Below are positions 12,091 through 24,045 of a DNA stretch of 64,000 nt, in pieces (within the stretch, counting starts at the first letter, position 1; each line of letters begins with the position of its first letter). Position numbers and translations under genes: made by a program. This stretch comes from Octopus bimaculoides. Its lineage: Eukaryota. The notes below the pieces were generated by a model. The model did not search any database and had not been told where the DNA came from. It saw nothing but the letters and a program-made list of their open reading frames with translations. Location of the stretch: assembly GCF_001194135.2 (NCBI RefSeq), contig NC_068991.1, positions 51,888,020 through 51,952,019 of the forward strand, read 5' to 3'.

Positions 12091-12365
12091 TCTGGAACGA
12101 AAACGAGGCTCTGGATCGAAAACGAGGCTCTGAAACGAAAGCGAGGCTCTGGAATGAAAACGAGGCTCTTGATTGAAAACGAGGCTCTGTATTTAAAACG
12201 AGGCTCTGTATTTAAAACGAGGCTCTGCAATGAAAACGAGGCTTTGTATTCAAAACGAGGCTCTGGAATGAAAACGAGGCTCTGAAATGAAAACGAGGAT
12301 CTGGAATGAAAATGAGGCTCTGGATTGAAAACGAGGTTCTGGATTGAAAACGAGGCTCTGGATCG
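12091..12365. repeat. 19-bp minisatellite (aaaacgaggctctggaatg) x ~14
   Basis: Tandem units read directly; left end in N gap. Confidence 0.95.
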
Positions 12366-12462
12366 TGCCTGATGGTCTCAGAAGGGGAATTATCTGCACT
12401 AGAAACATTGTATATATGGAAGTGCTATTTTTGTGTTCTCTATTTGTGGTTGCAAGATGTTC

Positions 12463-12636
12463 GTGTCGGGCGCAAATTCACGACATGTACCTGACAATCA
12501 GGATCAGTTTGGTTAAAGACTAGACTGGATACAGTAACTGTCTGGATACAATAATTTCCAGAGACTCAGCAACGGCTGAACTGAACCCCGTCTGCGGGGT
12601 ACCACTCTGATTCATGTCAGAGTTATTTCCCTTCGC
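12463..12636. repeat. ~175-bp interspersed element, copy 2
   Basis: Direct repeat of 10844-11020. Confidence 0.9.
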
Positions 12637-13041
12637 CCTCTACTTTCACCAACAGCCCAGAAGTTGGGAGATTATTTGCTTCTTGCATTCAGGTCTGTCA
12701 ATGAACATCGTACATCACTGTTTTAATTACAATATAGTGGGTGGCAAGGTAAATTTAAACTTTTCAATTCCCTAAGAAAATATTCTGACTATAACTAGTG
12801 GCTCTTTACTTCCAATGGTATCACTGTGTGTTCAATCACCAACTCAGTATTTTTATGGCCCCATATAACATAAACGTTGACTTTTCTCGGTTCATCCGTT
12901 CTATTAACAAGTTTAGCTTGTGTCATGCTAGGTTTCTAGCAACCCTCCTCACAAGACCAACATGGTGTGAGAGATGCTTTAGTTACAGACAACCCGACCA
13001 CCTAATAGTTTGTACTAGATCATATGGTTTCAGTCACTAGT

Positions 13042-13398
13042 CGCTTACGACGTCGAGGGTTCCAGTTGATCCGATCAACGGAACAGCCTGCTCGTGAAAT
13101 TAACGTGAAAGTGGCTGAGTACTCCACAGACACGTAGTTCTCGGGGATATTCATCGTGACACACAGTGTGACAAGGCTGACCCTTTGAATTACAGGTACA
13201 ACAGAAACAGGAAGTAAGACTGAGACAAAGTTGTGGTGAAAGAGTACAGCAGGGTTCGCCACCATCCCCTGCCGGAGCCTCGTGGAGCTTTAGGTGTTTT
13301 CGCTCAATAAACACTCACAACGCCTGGTCTGGGAATCGAAACCGTGATTCTACGACCGCGAGTCCGCTGCCCTAACCACTAGGCCATTGCGCCTCCAC
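13042..13398 (-). mobile_element. SINE family A with 7-bp TSD
   Basis: Reverse complement of 1345-1727; cactagt at 13035-13041 and 13399-13405. Confidence 0.9.
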
Positions 13399-13444
13399 CA
13401 CTAGTATATAAACAATGTGATATCGTCAATAGCAAATAGACTGA

Positions 13445-13745
13445 CACTCTATCAGTTACGACAACGAAGATTTCAGTTCATCCGGTCAACGGAACAGCCT
13501 GCTTGTGAAAGTAGCAGGGCTGTCTACAGACACGCATACTCTTAATGTAGCTCTCAGGGATATTCAGTGAGAGACAGAATGAGATAAAGCTGGCTCTTTG
13601 AAATACAAGTCCAACTAATTTTTGCCAGATGAATGGACTGGAGCAACATGAAATAAATTGTCTTGCTCATGGATATTATGGCTGCTGAGTATGAACCTTA
13701 CGATCGCAAACCAAATACCCTAACCACTTCGTCACACGCTTTCAC
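13445..13745 (-). mobile_element. Older SINE: CORE-like 5' half plus the family A 3' domain
   Basis: ccggtcaacggaacagcctgct shared with family A; ggactggagcaacatgaaataaattgtcttgctca shared with 31954-32102. Confidence 0.7.
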
Positions 13746-13759
13746 ATAGCAAACAGACT

Positions 13760-14130
13760 AACTCATTTTAAAGCACTCAAAGCATTAATACTATGAATTG
13801 ACAGATTGATATTAACATAGGAACACTCAACATCACATAAAGACATTGTCAAAGTGACATGAAGGAATTGACAGTGCAGTTTAGGTTTTTGACATATTGA
13901 CACTGTAATATTGATATTGATGTATAAATAGTTTGGTATTGATACAAAACGATAGATATTGTTATATTGACGTACCGCATAGAGACTTTGTAGAATTAAT
14001 ACCAATATATAAACATTCATATTGACAAAAATACATAGACGGAGATATATAGTAGTACTAAATTCTGCAATATTGACACAAACATATCAAAACTATGATA
14101 TTGATAATATGTAGAGATGAGATATTAAAA
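13760..14130. repeat. Ancient degenerate minisatellite (gatattgacac-type motif)
   Basis: Repeated atattgac/atagac motifs; same motif at 17480-19560. Confidence 0.55.
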
Positions 14131-14151
14131 CTAATATAGATATTTGCTAAT

Positions 14152-14262
<111 letters not shown>

Positions 14263-16038
14263 ACACGCGCGTGCGTGCGTGCATGTGTGTGTGTATGCAT
14301 GTGTATGTATGTATGTATGTATGTAAGTACGTACGTGTTTATTTGTGTATGTGCGTGCGTTCACGATTTAATACATTTTGCTATATTTTCTATCCGGAGT
14401 TACTTCCCTTAGACCTTGCGCTGTGGTATTCTTAAGCTATTTGTTTTTTGTTAATAGTCATATTCTGTTAATAACGATAGTGATGTGGAACGAACACGAA
14501 TTGAACGATATACATGTATGCAATGTTGTGTGTGTGTAGGGAGGGGTGTATTTCTGGAAATGTAAAAAATATTTATGGTGCATTTCAGCTTTAGTAGCAG
14601 ATTGTATTTGATTGGAAAGAAAGTCCTGTTGATTTCATGATGAGAAACAAATAAATGCTTTTTTGGACCTGAGTTTATATATTTAATCAAGACATTTCCC
14701 TTCATATTATACCTCTAGGTATAAAATTCTTCCATTTTTGAAACATCACTTTTAACCTCTAAACAATGTTTCAATGATCTGAAAAGATGATTGTCAGATG
14801 GTGTAAGGTCTAGAGGGTTAGAAGGATGAGGCAAAACTTATTTATTGCTATAATCTTTTGCTAAGTGACTTAGACAATATGTGTAACAGGATCTTTGTCC
14901 TTGGATAGCAACTGTCATTTCTTATTTGCTTACCCCTAGAGAATATGAAAAATGGCTAATATTTCCTTCAAACTTTGCTTTTCTTACATTTATTCAAACC
15001 CTAAAGAATCCCTCTCAGTACTTGGATATGGTGTTCCCCCCTCCCCACAACTCCAGCTCATGATCAGAGACGCGCATATTGTCAACCATTAAGGGACAAG
15101 CTCAAATGCTTAAGGTCAAGCAACTGACAAGGAAATATGTGATATTGAGCAGAATATTCGCTATAATGATATTTCTGCTTCAGCAATTCAGCACTGAATC
15201 TGTCTGAAATGTAATGGAAAAAGAGGTCAGTTTCAAAACATTGATGTCCAGGTCCCAAAGGCAAAGTTTGAAGGGAAGAGTAGTAATTTCCTTTGATTTC
15301 TAGACTGAAGCAAATAGGAAATAACACTTACTGACCAAAGCAAAAATAAATAAATAAATAAATAAAAATTTTGTTACAGATTGTTAGCGTAGAAGAGCAA
15401 CACTCCTTAGCGACTGACCAATCATCGGTGTTTTTTTTTTTGTTTTTGTTTTTTGTTTTTTTTTTGCAATTTTTTGTGCAATGCTTCCAGTTGACAACGA
15501 TACATTTTCACATTAACTGTTTCATTATAGTTTAACACTTCATGATGGAAGTCATTCTTTATATCTCAATCTCACTAAACACAGAAAATAACTTTTCTCC
15601 TTGGTTTGGGGATGAATTCTCCTTTTACACTGGATACTTACTATTGGCTTTTTCGTTGGAGAGAGTGAGAAAATGTGTGTATGCAAGTGTATGTGAGTGT
15701 GTGGATGGATGTGCACTCTAGTTTAAGGATGTGTGTTTATATATGTGTATATGCATAAATTTAAACGTGTGTGCGTAAGTAAAGTGTAGTGGTTGTGTAT
15801 CTGTCAGAGAAAGAAAGAGAGAGAGAGAGGGGGGAAGGTGGATGAATGGCGATATATGTATATGTTGGTGTATACGTGTAAGATACACGTGGGCTGAGAG
15901 TAGATGTGTGGGTATAATGACTTGTACGGACGCGGTATTTCGTTATGCAACCATAATATACTATAGAGTATATTACACGTATTTTATAAGTTCTATTGTG
16001 TTAGTAGGGCGCTTGACATCACTTGTTAAAGTTATCTC

Positions 16039-16077
16039 AATTAGTGCTGGTTATAGAAATTATAACCAGCACTAATT
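16039..16077. repeat. Perfect 17-bp inverted repeat at the PLE terminus
   Basis: aattagtgctggttata-gaaat-tataaccagcactaatt. Confidence 0.9.
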
Positions 16078-16079
16078 TT

Positions 16080-17170
16080 TATTACGACGTTTCGTATCCG
16101 AGACGTCAGTTGTAAACAAGCAATGAGATCGAAGATGAATAAAGGATAATGGGCTTATATGCCATATTTCGGGAGATTTTTTTTTTCTTTGCTGATGAGG
16201 GAACAAAAAGATCCATGAATATAGCAACCAGCCGGCGAGATTACAGAGGGATTGGAGCGCATATGTCAAGTTATTAAAGGTGCAGCAAAAGATGTTCCTG
16301 ATATGGAAAGTGCAGTGGATGGGTCGTGGTTAGAGTTGCAGAGGCGCCAGAAACGGAAGAATTGGAAGTAATGAAGCGTTTGGTGTGGGTGGGATGCGAC
16401 CAGAAGTCACGGTTGGAGTGGAATTCGGTGAGTATGTTGAAAACGTATGTGGGAAGGGTGCGAGTAGCATGTTCGATGGAGAGAGAGATGTAAAGGCAAG
16501 GGAAGTTTCGAAAATGATAGACGTAGACTGGAAAAGTGGATGAAAAAGGAACTTCTTACGAAGAAGACAGGTAGCACCGAATCAGTTGTCAACTTAACGA
16601 CCGTACTGCTTTGGAGCGAGACCGATGAACTGGGAGAGAATTTTGGATTCAATGTAACCGACTAAGTTGGCACAGATGGATCCCATTCTCGTTCCCATGG
16701 CCACTTCAGTGACCAGCTTATACATGTTGCCTGCGAAGGAGTAAGCATTAAATGTGAGCACGAACTCGGCAAGATAAAGGAAAGCAGGAGTATTGGGATG
16801 GAGAATGGTGCATAGGTCGAGGAAGTGTTCAAGGGCCTTGAGATCGTCATCGTGAAAGGTTATGGTGTAAAGAGAGATGATATCCATATCCATAGTAAAA
16901 ATTAGGCGGGAGGAGCCGGAGGAGAAAAAGGAGGTTGAAGAGGCGGAGAGCACAGCTGATTTCGTGCTAGGTTTGGGGGGCCGTGTGGGTGCAGGTGCTG
17001 AATGACTATATGGAACAGGGTAAGGTGGAAGATTGTGTCTGTAAAGGTGATGTGAAAGAAACGAGGGTTAGTGTGGGTGTCGGGGTGGTGGCTACGAAGA
17101 CGATGGGGTGAGCATGGTGAGTACAGCAGGGTGGGGTAGTGCTGGTGAAATGGGGATGAGGTTGAAGAAT
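16080..17170 (-). mobile_element. Penelope-like element RT remnant with internal deletions
   Basis: RLIFTMD..SLYT..HDDDLKALEHFLD..LAEFVLTFNAYSF..VAMGTRMG..ANLVGYIE..QYGR. Confidence 0.85.
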
Positions 17171-17251
17171 AGGTGGAATTTATGAGTTATTGGCACTATT
17201 ACATTAATCTATACTTTGATATCAGTACTAATATTGATTAACAGGAATATT

Positions 17252-17467
17252 GATTTCAAATTTTGGCACAAGGCCAGCAAGTTCGGTGGAGTGGGTAAGT
17301 CGATTACATCGACCCCAGTGATCAATTTGTACTTATTTTATCGATCCCGAAAGATGAAGGACATAGTGACCTTAGCAGAACTTGAACTCAGAGCGTAAAG
17401 GCGAACAAAATGCCGCCAAGCAATATGCCCGGCGTGCTACCGATTTTGCCATTTCGCTGCCTTAATG
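17252..17467 (-). mobile_element. SINE family C (Meta-domain-like) with 12-bp TSD
   Basis: aacaggaatatt at 17240-17251 and 17468-17479; body homologous to 21552-21766. Confidence 0.85.
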
Positions 17468-17727
17468 AACAGGAATATTAGCAGTAATAACTAGGAATTG
17501 TGATACTGAAATTAACGAATAGACAGTGTGATATTGCCATGTAGAGAAGTAACAAGAGTCCTAGCATCCGTAGGTGAAACAAAAACACTCCTGACGATCT
17601 CCACTTTATTAATTAGGCATGACACCAAAATGAAATTCTATGCTCCCTTCATTCCTGCACCTCGCTTCTTCCTGTGCTGCCCCTCGATTGATATTAACAC
17701 AGTGACACTGTGATATTGACACTAACA

Positions 17728-17969
17728 GAAACGGTAGACAGACAATTCGTCGACAGACAGTTGGCCGACAGACAACTTACAGACAGGACAATTGACCGAT
17801 TGGACAATTTGTCGGTTCTATCAATAATATAGGCGTACCCTTTGTATGGAAGTTTTCTGCCTCCTCATTCCGTTTTGATGAACTCCATGATCAACACTTC
17901 CGCATGTCAACTTATTGTCCAATCAGCCAATTGTCCAATCGGCGAATTGTCTGCCGACAAATTATCTGC
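17728..17969. mobile_element. MITE-like element with arrays of ~15-bp subterminal inverted repeats
   Basis: cagacaattcgtcga-type units at left, inverted ttgtccaatcggcgaattgtctg at right; possible 9-bp TSD acactaaca. Confidence 0.55.
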
Positions 17970-18604
17970 ACACTAACAAAAAACAGATTGAACAAAAGCA
18001 GTGTTTCTCAACCATTTTTTGCCTATGAGCCCCTTTTATTTCTAGGTTATTCTACTGGATTGCTATTATAATATTTTTATAAGTAAATATTATTAGGAAC
18101 TGTGTTAACAAATAGACAATATGATATTACCGCTAACTTAGAGGTACAGGCGTTTTAGCACTAACACAAACAATAAAATAACATACAAAATGATAGGTAT
18201 TAACACAGTGTGATAATGAACATATACTCATGAGCATATACTCTGAGTCAGGCAATCATAGATAGACTGTGTAGTGTTAGTGCTAACGAAAGGACACTAA
18301 GATAGAAACATGAACGTATGAAGAATTAGATATTAGTTCTTACATAGGGATGCAGGGATTTTAATACCAACATACTAACACTGTGATAATTGCAATAGCA
18401 TACAGATCCAATAATAGTTTAACTAAGATATAGACATTCTGTTATTAGTACTATGGTATGAAAACTATGATAAGGGCAACAGCATACAGACAGTGACGAG
18501 ATAAGCACTATTGCATAGATACTTTTGGATTAGAGAGTCATCATATTAACGGCTGGCAACAGCATATCGATATTGTGGTATTCACACTAATATATTAATA
18601 CTGT

Positions 18605-18784
18605 AAAGGCAGCGAGCTGGCAGAATCGTTAGCACGCCGAGAAAGGTGCTTAGCTACATTTCGTCCGTCTCTACGTTCTGAGTTCAAATTCCACCGAGGT
18701 TGACAATGTACCAGTTGAGCATTGGGATCGATTTAACCGACTTGGCCCCTCTTCCAAAACTACCGGCATTGTCCAAAATTTGAA
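18605..18784 (+). mobile_element. SINE family C with 19-bp TSD
   Basis: actaatatattaatactgt at 18586-18604 and 18785-18803. Confidence 0.88.
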
Positions 18785-18934
18785 ACTAATATATTAATAC
18801 TGTGATGTTGGCACAAACGTATCGATATAGTACTGTGTTATTAACTCTAATGTAAAGTCACTTTGATATAGTGACTAATACAAAAACACTTTTGGCATTG
18901 GCATTAATATAGACATAATGCTATTAGCACTAAT

Positions 18935-19140
18935 ATATAGGTACAAGGTTTGAAATTTGGAGGAATGGGGATAGTCGCTTACATCAACCCAAGTGCTCAA
19001 CTGGTACTTCTTTTATCGACCCCGAAAAGATGAAAAGTAAAGTCGACCTCGACAGAGTTTGAGCTCTGAACGAAAAGAAGGATGAAATGTTGCTAAGTAT
19101 TTTGTCCGACCTATCAACGATTCTGCCAACTCGCTGCCTT
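18935..19140 (-). mobile_element. SINE family C
   Basis: Homologous to other family C copies (gtcgacctcg, cgattctgcca.ctcgctgcc). Confidence 0.85.
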
Positions 19141-19157
19141 AGCCATTGTAATATTGG

Positions 19158-19330
19158 TTTCAAGTCGATTACATCGATCCCGGTGTCCAACAGGTACTCA
19201 TATTATAGATCCTGCAAGGATGAAAGGCAAAGTCGACCTCGGCGGGATTTGAACTCAGAACATGAAGACGGACAAAACGCCGATACGAATTTTTCCCGGC
19301 GTGTTAACGATTCTGCCAGCTCGCTGCCTT
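19158..19330 (-). mobile_element. SINE family C, abutting the previous copy, 17-bp TSD
   Basis: agccattgtaatattgg at 19141-19157 and 19331-19347. Confidence 0.85.
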
Positions 19331-20241
19331 AGCCATTGTAATATTGGCAGCAACATATAGATACTGTTCTATATACAGATATGGTAATGTTGGAGGTAGC
19401 ATATAAACAAACTACCATTGGTAATACTAACACTATGCTATAAGTACTAACACATTAACACTGCTATATTGACTTTAACACATTGCCACTGTGATTATCA
19501 ACACTGACATATAGACATTGTAGTATTGGCATCATTATAAAGACACTGTGGTGTTGACAGTAAAATATAAACCTAAATAATGAACATCTTTATTGCAATC
19601 AAACATGGGAAATCTCTGGGCAGCCAGAAAATCAGGTCCTTCTCTACCAGTTTGAAAACTTTGACTGAACAGAAAATGATTGTGTGTGCTGGTGGGGATA
19701 TACAACAACTCGAGCGAACAGCTAGCCACGTCACCGGAGACATAGCGCTAGTTTACTACATACGAACGTGACTAATCGCTATTTGATTTTTCTTTTAGAG
19801 CAGTAGTTTCCTTTAGAATATATTTTTGGGTTTGTTTTATAGAAATCATTATGTTTATTTGGTTTGCCGTTCTTCTAATATAAAAAGAAGGAAAAAAAAA
19901 AGCCAGACAGAAGATCTGCTGTCGAAGATTTTAGGACGGATTTATTTGGATTAGCCTCTAGTTAAGTTGTTGTTTATTTGTTAGGGGAGGGCGTTGCTTT
20001 CTGGGACTAAAACTGGTTTATCCTCCAAGTTCACAGTAAAACTATTTCTGATCTGGAACTTTGTTAGAGATCAGAGAAGTGTTGGAAGCAAGTAGACCAA
20101 TTGCTTAAATTTTTGATGAAAATGGTATTCTTTTGTGAAACGCTGGGTCTTTATATTAGATACATACTGGCAGCAACGAAATATACTATCAAGAAAAAGA
20201 AAAACTAAAGAAAATGGTAAACTATATAGGAAAGTTAATAT

Positions 20242-20451
20242 TGGTTTCAGATTTTGACACAAGACCAGCAATTTCAGGCAAAGGGTAAGTCGATTACACC
20301 GACTCCAGTACTCAACTGGTACTTATATCATCGATACCGAAAGGATAAAAAGAAAAATTGACATCGGCCGAATTTTGAACTCAGAACATGAAGATAAGCT
20401 ACTAAGCATTTTCTCCGGGATACTAACGGTTCTGCTAGGTGACCATCTTAC
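20242..20451 (-). mobile_element. SINE family C with 16-bp TSD (1 mismatch)
   Basis: atagg(a/t)aagttaatat at 20226-20241 and 20452-20467. Confidence 0.82.
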
Positions 20452-20746
20452 ATAGGTAAGTTAATATCACATATAAGAAACATTTGTTGACACTGTGAAA
20501 TAAATTAAAATAAACAGCTAGATTAAAGAAAGCCAAAGTGTTCTAGTGTCTAGAAATTATAAGGTTTTTATTGAAGAAATACGTTGTATAGGACCACAGC
20601 TGGTCGAATGGAAAAGATGTCGGGTCATTGACTGAAAACATTGTACGCTATCACCTTCCTGAAAATAAGATTTACGGACAGATACAATTATCAGCGACCA
20701 GCTTTGTATTACCTATCATTTGATATGTAATATTTATATTACGTAA

Positions 20747-20957
20747 GGCGGCGAGCTGGCAGAATCGCTAGCACGCCAGACAAAATGCTTAGCGGCATTT
20801 CGTCCGTCTTTACATTCAAAATTCAATTTCTGTCGAGGACGACTTTGTTTTTCATCCTTTTCGATAAAAATTAGTGCCAGTTGAACACTGAGGTTGATGT
20901 AATCGACTTATCTCCTCTACCGAAATAATTGCTGGTCGTGTGCTAAAATTTGAAACC
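20747..20957 (+). mobile_element. SINE family C with 18-bp TSD (1 mismatch)
   Basis: aatatttatatta(c/t)gtaa at 20729-20746 and 20958-20975. Confidence 0.85.
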
Positions 20958-20999
20958 AATATTTATATTATGTAATAAAGGATTATCTCGTCAGCGTGA

Positions 21000-21450
21000 G
21001 TTGTTGAGTTCAAATTTTCTATTTCGACTGGATAAGATAACGAGAAAGTAGCCAGGGCTATTGATATCAGTTGGACCACCTGGGTTGAAAATATCCGCCC
21101 TCTCACAAGTTTTCGGCAATGTTTTGATAAAAAAAAAACTCATACATTCGTTCCATAATTGTGATAGGAGAATATATTGTAGCTGTATTGCTCGTTGTTT
21201 TACCAAATGTAGGAAGATGGTCTTCCATCACTTTTAGTTTAGTGCATGATATTTATCTCTGTATTCTCAAATATTTGACATCAAAGACGCCACCCAAATG
21301 GCTCCGAGAGTTTTACTCTCAGATGCGATACAGCTTTCAAAATTCTTATCTACTCTAGTTCTTGACTCCTATATATATTCTTCTAGTCGATGGCATTGAG
21401 GCCTAATTCTCTCTTTTAGATCATCCTAATATCTATTGTTCTATCTCTGT
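21000..21450 (-). mobile_element. Ancient LINE RT fragment (I/Jockey-like), highly decayed
   Basis: FNPGGPTDINSPGYFLVILSSRNRKFE loosely resembles the KPGK..SYRPISL motif. Confidence 0.35.
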
Positions 21451-21551
21451 CATTTACGCTTCGAATGGTGCGGTTCCTGTTACTGTATTTGTTTCTAGAG
21501 TTGTTAAGCTTCATGTGATTCTTGTTGTTGTCAATATTGTTGCTATAACTT

Positions 21552-21766
21552 AAGACGGCGAGCAGACAGAATCGTTAGCACGCCAAGTGAAATGCTTAGC
21601 GGCATTTCGTCCGTCTTCAAGTTTTGGTTTCAAATTCCGCCGAGGTCGACTTTGCCTTTTATACTTTCGAGATCGATAAAAAAAAAAGTACCAGCTGAAA
21701 GCTGGGTTCGATGTAATCGACTAACCCCCTTCCCCGAAACTGATGGCTTTGTACCAAAATTTGAAA
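21552..21766 (+). mobile_element. SINE family C with 15-bp TSD
   Basis: tcaatattgttgcta at 21531-21545 and 21767-21781. Confidence 0.87.
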
Positions 21767-22389
21767 TCAATATTGTTGCTACTTGTTTTCCTTTCTCCAT
21801 TGGTTTTAACTGCACATTCATGGTAACAAATAAACACCCGTTAATTATATATCTTGGTTTCGACCCCGAAACACACCCTTTATATATATGTATATATATT
21901 AAAGCTATATATAATTTATCGCTTACTGAGAAAAATCTATCTCTCCAAATAGAAACTAATTCTACAATTGTTGTGGTGGCTGTATTTGTTGTTCTGCTTG
22001 TTTTTATTTCGTGATCGCTTTCGATGGTTGTCAAATGTCTACAGTTGATTCGGAGGAGATAAGGACAATAAGTTATGACAATGACGCCCATTAAGTCAGA
22101 AACACAAGTCCATCGATGTCCCTTGCCATTGAAAGGAAAATTTGTTGGCTTTTTCGAATAGAATATTAATTCCGAGAATTATTGGTAATTTCTTTTAATT
22201 ATATCTCCTCATTCAGAGTCGCAAACAATCACCGATATAGAGTTCGTGTTTTCTTTTCTTTTGCTTTCTCTACATTAACTTGCCGTCTAAACGAGCTTGT
22301 AAACTGAAGCAACGAAATACAGCTCAGCCGAACAAGTATATATGAATTTAGATATAATGAATATTAATAAAATACAGATTTAGTCTCTC

Positions 22390-22570
22390 GTTGTTTCAGC
22401 TGATTGAGCCTTCAGTGCAAAGCTAGGGCAGTGCTTTGAAGGTTTAGTCGATTAGATAAACTTCAGTGTTTGTAGTTGGGTACTTACTCTATCGGTTTCT
22501 TTGCCGAATCGCTAGATTACGGAGACGAAAACTAACCAGCACTAGTTGTCAAGGTGTGAGAGACAAACAC
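22390..22570 (-). mobile_element. SINE family B 3' fragment
   Basis: ttgtttcagctgattgagc...ttgccgaatcgctag homologous to 4800-4980. Confidence 0.7.
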
Positions 22571-22589
22571 AAGCGCGCGCGCACACACA

Positions 22590-22700
22590 TACAAGCACAC
22601 ACACACATATACAAGCACACACACATATACAAGCACACACACATATACAAGCACACACACATATACAAGCACACACACATATACAAGCACACACACACAT
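22590..22700. repeat. 18-bp minisatellite (acacacacatatacaagc) x5
   Basis: Directly visible. Confidence 0.9.
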
Positions 22701-22829
22701 GTGCACACACGCGCGAGCGCATGTATGTATGTATGTTCTCTTTCACTTTTAAATTTAGAATAATTTTTAACCAGCCGCCTGCTTGGTAACAAGGTTGCGA
22801 AGGAAAGCATGTTGTTTTAACCACCATCT

Positions 22830-23112
22830 TTTAAATCTTAAGAAAGTCTTGCAGATTTCTATAGTTCCAGATATCGCGATCATTTGTAGCATATGAATTA
22901 AGGGCTTGCATTCTCTCCCCAAGATCCCGAGTTCATCCATATTTGCTCCAAATAGGTTGGTATGTATCCTGTTGCTCCAATAGTAATAGGTATGAAACTG
23001 AAAGTGTATCTTGAGTACTGGATTTTCAGACTCCTTATCACTGGTCTATAAATCTCTTCCTTTTGTATTTTCTTAACCACATTCGTGTCGAGAGTGCGAC
23101 TGATTTCCACAA
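22830..23112 (-). mobile_element. R4-like (RLE) LINE C-terminal fragment, older subfamily
   Basis: VVEISRTLDTNVV..FIPITIGATGYIP..ISGTIEICKTFL. Confidence 0.75.
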
Positions 23113-23139
23113 CGTAATGTATGTATGTATGTATGTATG

Positions 23140-24045
23140 TATGTATGTATGTCATTATTTAGTTTAATTCAAGATTTCTGGTCAATAGAGATAGAACCGG
23201 TTTCTAACCTAGATCCAAGGCTTCATTGGAATTTCAACATCAACAACAGGGTATGTATGTATGTGCAGATTTGAATGTTTTATGTATGTATTCTCATGCA
23301 TATAGTTACATATCTAGACATGCTCATATATATTTATATGACACTTCTGGAAAGTTTTACACATTTTTACAGTTCCAGTGATGAACTGGATCTGTAGTCT
23401 TCAAATTAGCTTTCTCCTTTCTTATTTTGAGAAGCCTAATTTCTCAAGATTGGTATTTAGGCAGTGTGTTACGTATCCCAGCCCCCCCCTCCAATTACAG
23501 GTATAAACCTGAACTTGTAATCTGGATAGAGTAACTGCAGATTTCTCAATAGTCCAGCGTAGGTGTTTTCTTTTTCATTTATCTTCAGCTTTATGTTAAC
23601 ATCCGCTGGGCAGCTAATTTCTACAACTGTACACAGTTTCTCTTCTCCGAAATCATTATATCAGGTCTGTTGTGCTTACATTTTATTGAGGTCTTCACTG
23701 GTACATTATACCCGTGTACTTTTTTTCATTATGAGTGGCTATAGCTTCTACCATATTGTGGGTACATATTTCTTTGTCCTCGGGATTATCGTTCTGACGG
23801 ATTTCATTATAGAGAGTCCTAGTTATAACATTATGTCTCATCGGTAGATAATACCGTGATGACATTTTCGGACAACTGATTATGATGTGGGTGATATCTT
23901 CAATGTGAACTCCACAAAGTCTGCATCGGTTATCACATTTTACTGCTTTTCCTGCTTCTCTTTTGTGAATCAGGTACTTGGTTGATATTTCTTGTTCCTG
24001 GATTGAAAACGCATACTCTTCAAAGTGGGAGGTAGTAATCCGGCT
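23140..24045 (-). mobile_element. R4-like (RLE) LINE 3' end: CCHC finger, PD-(D/E)xK nuclease, (CATA)n tail
   Basis: CRLCGVHIEDITHIIISCPKMSSRYYLPMRH; HNRPDI..VVEISCPADVN; 3' UTR followed by (CATA)n at 23118-23150. Confidence 0.85.

Noticed and set aside
11410-12285. 291-aa ORF as a host PIF1 gene
   Set aside because: Frameshift at the start, degenerate Walker B (INETS), runs through a gap into a minisatellite, and lies beside Helitron Rep
12369-12402. Helitron 3' end (small hairpin + CTAG)
   Set aside because: The hairpin is weak and CTAG is followed by A, not the expected T
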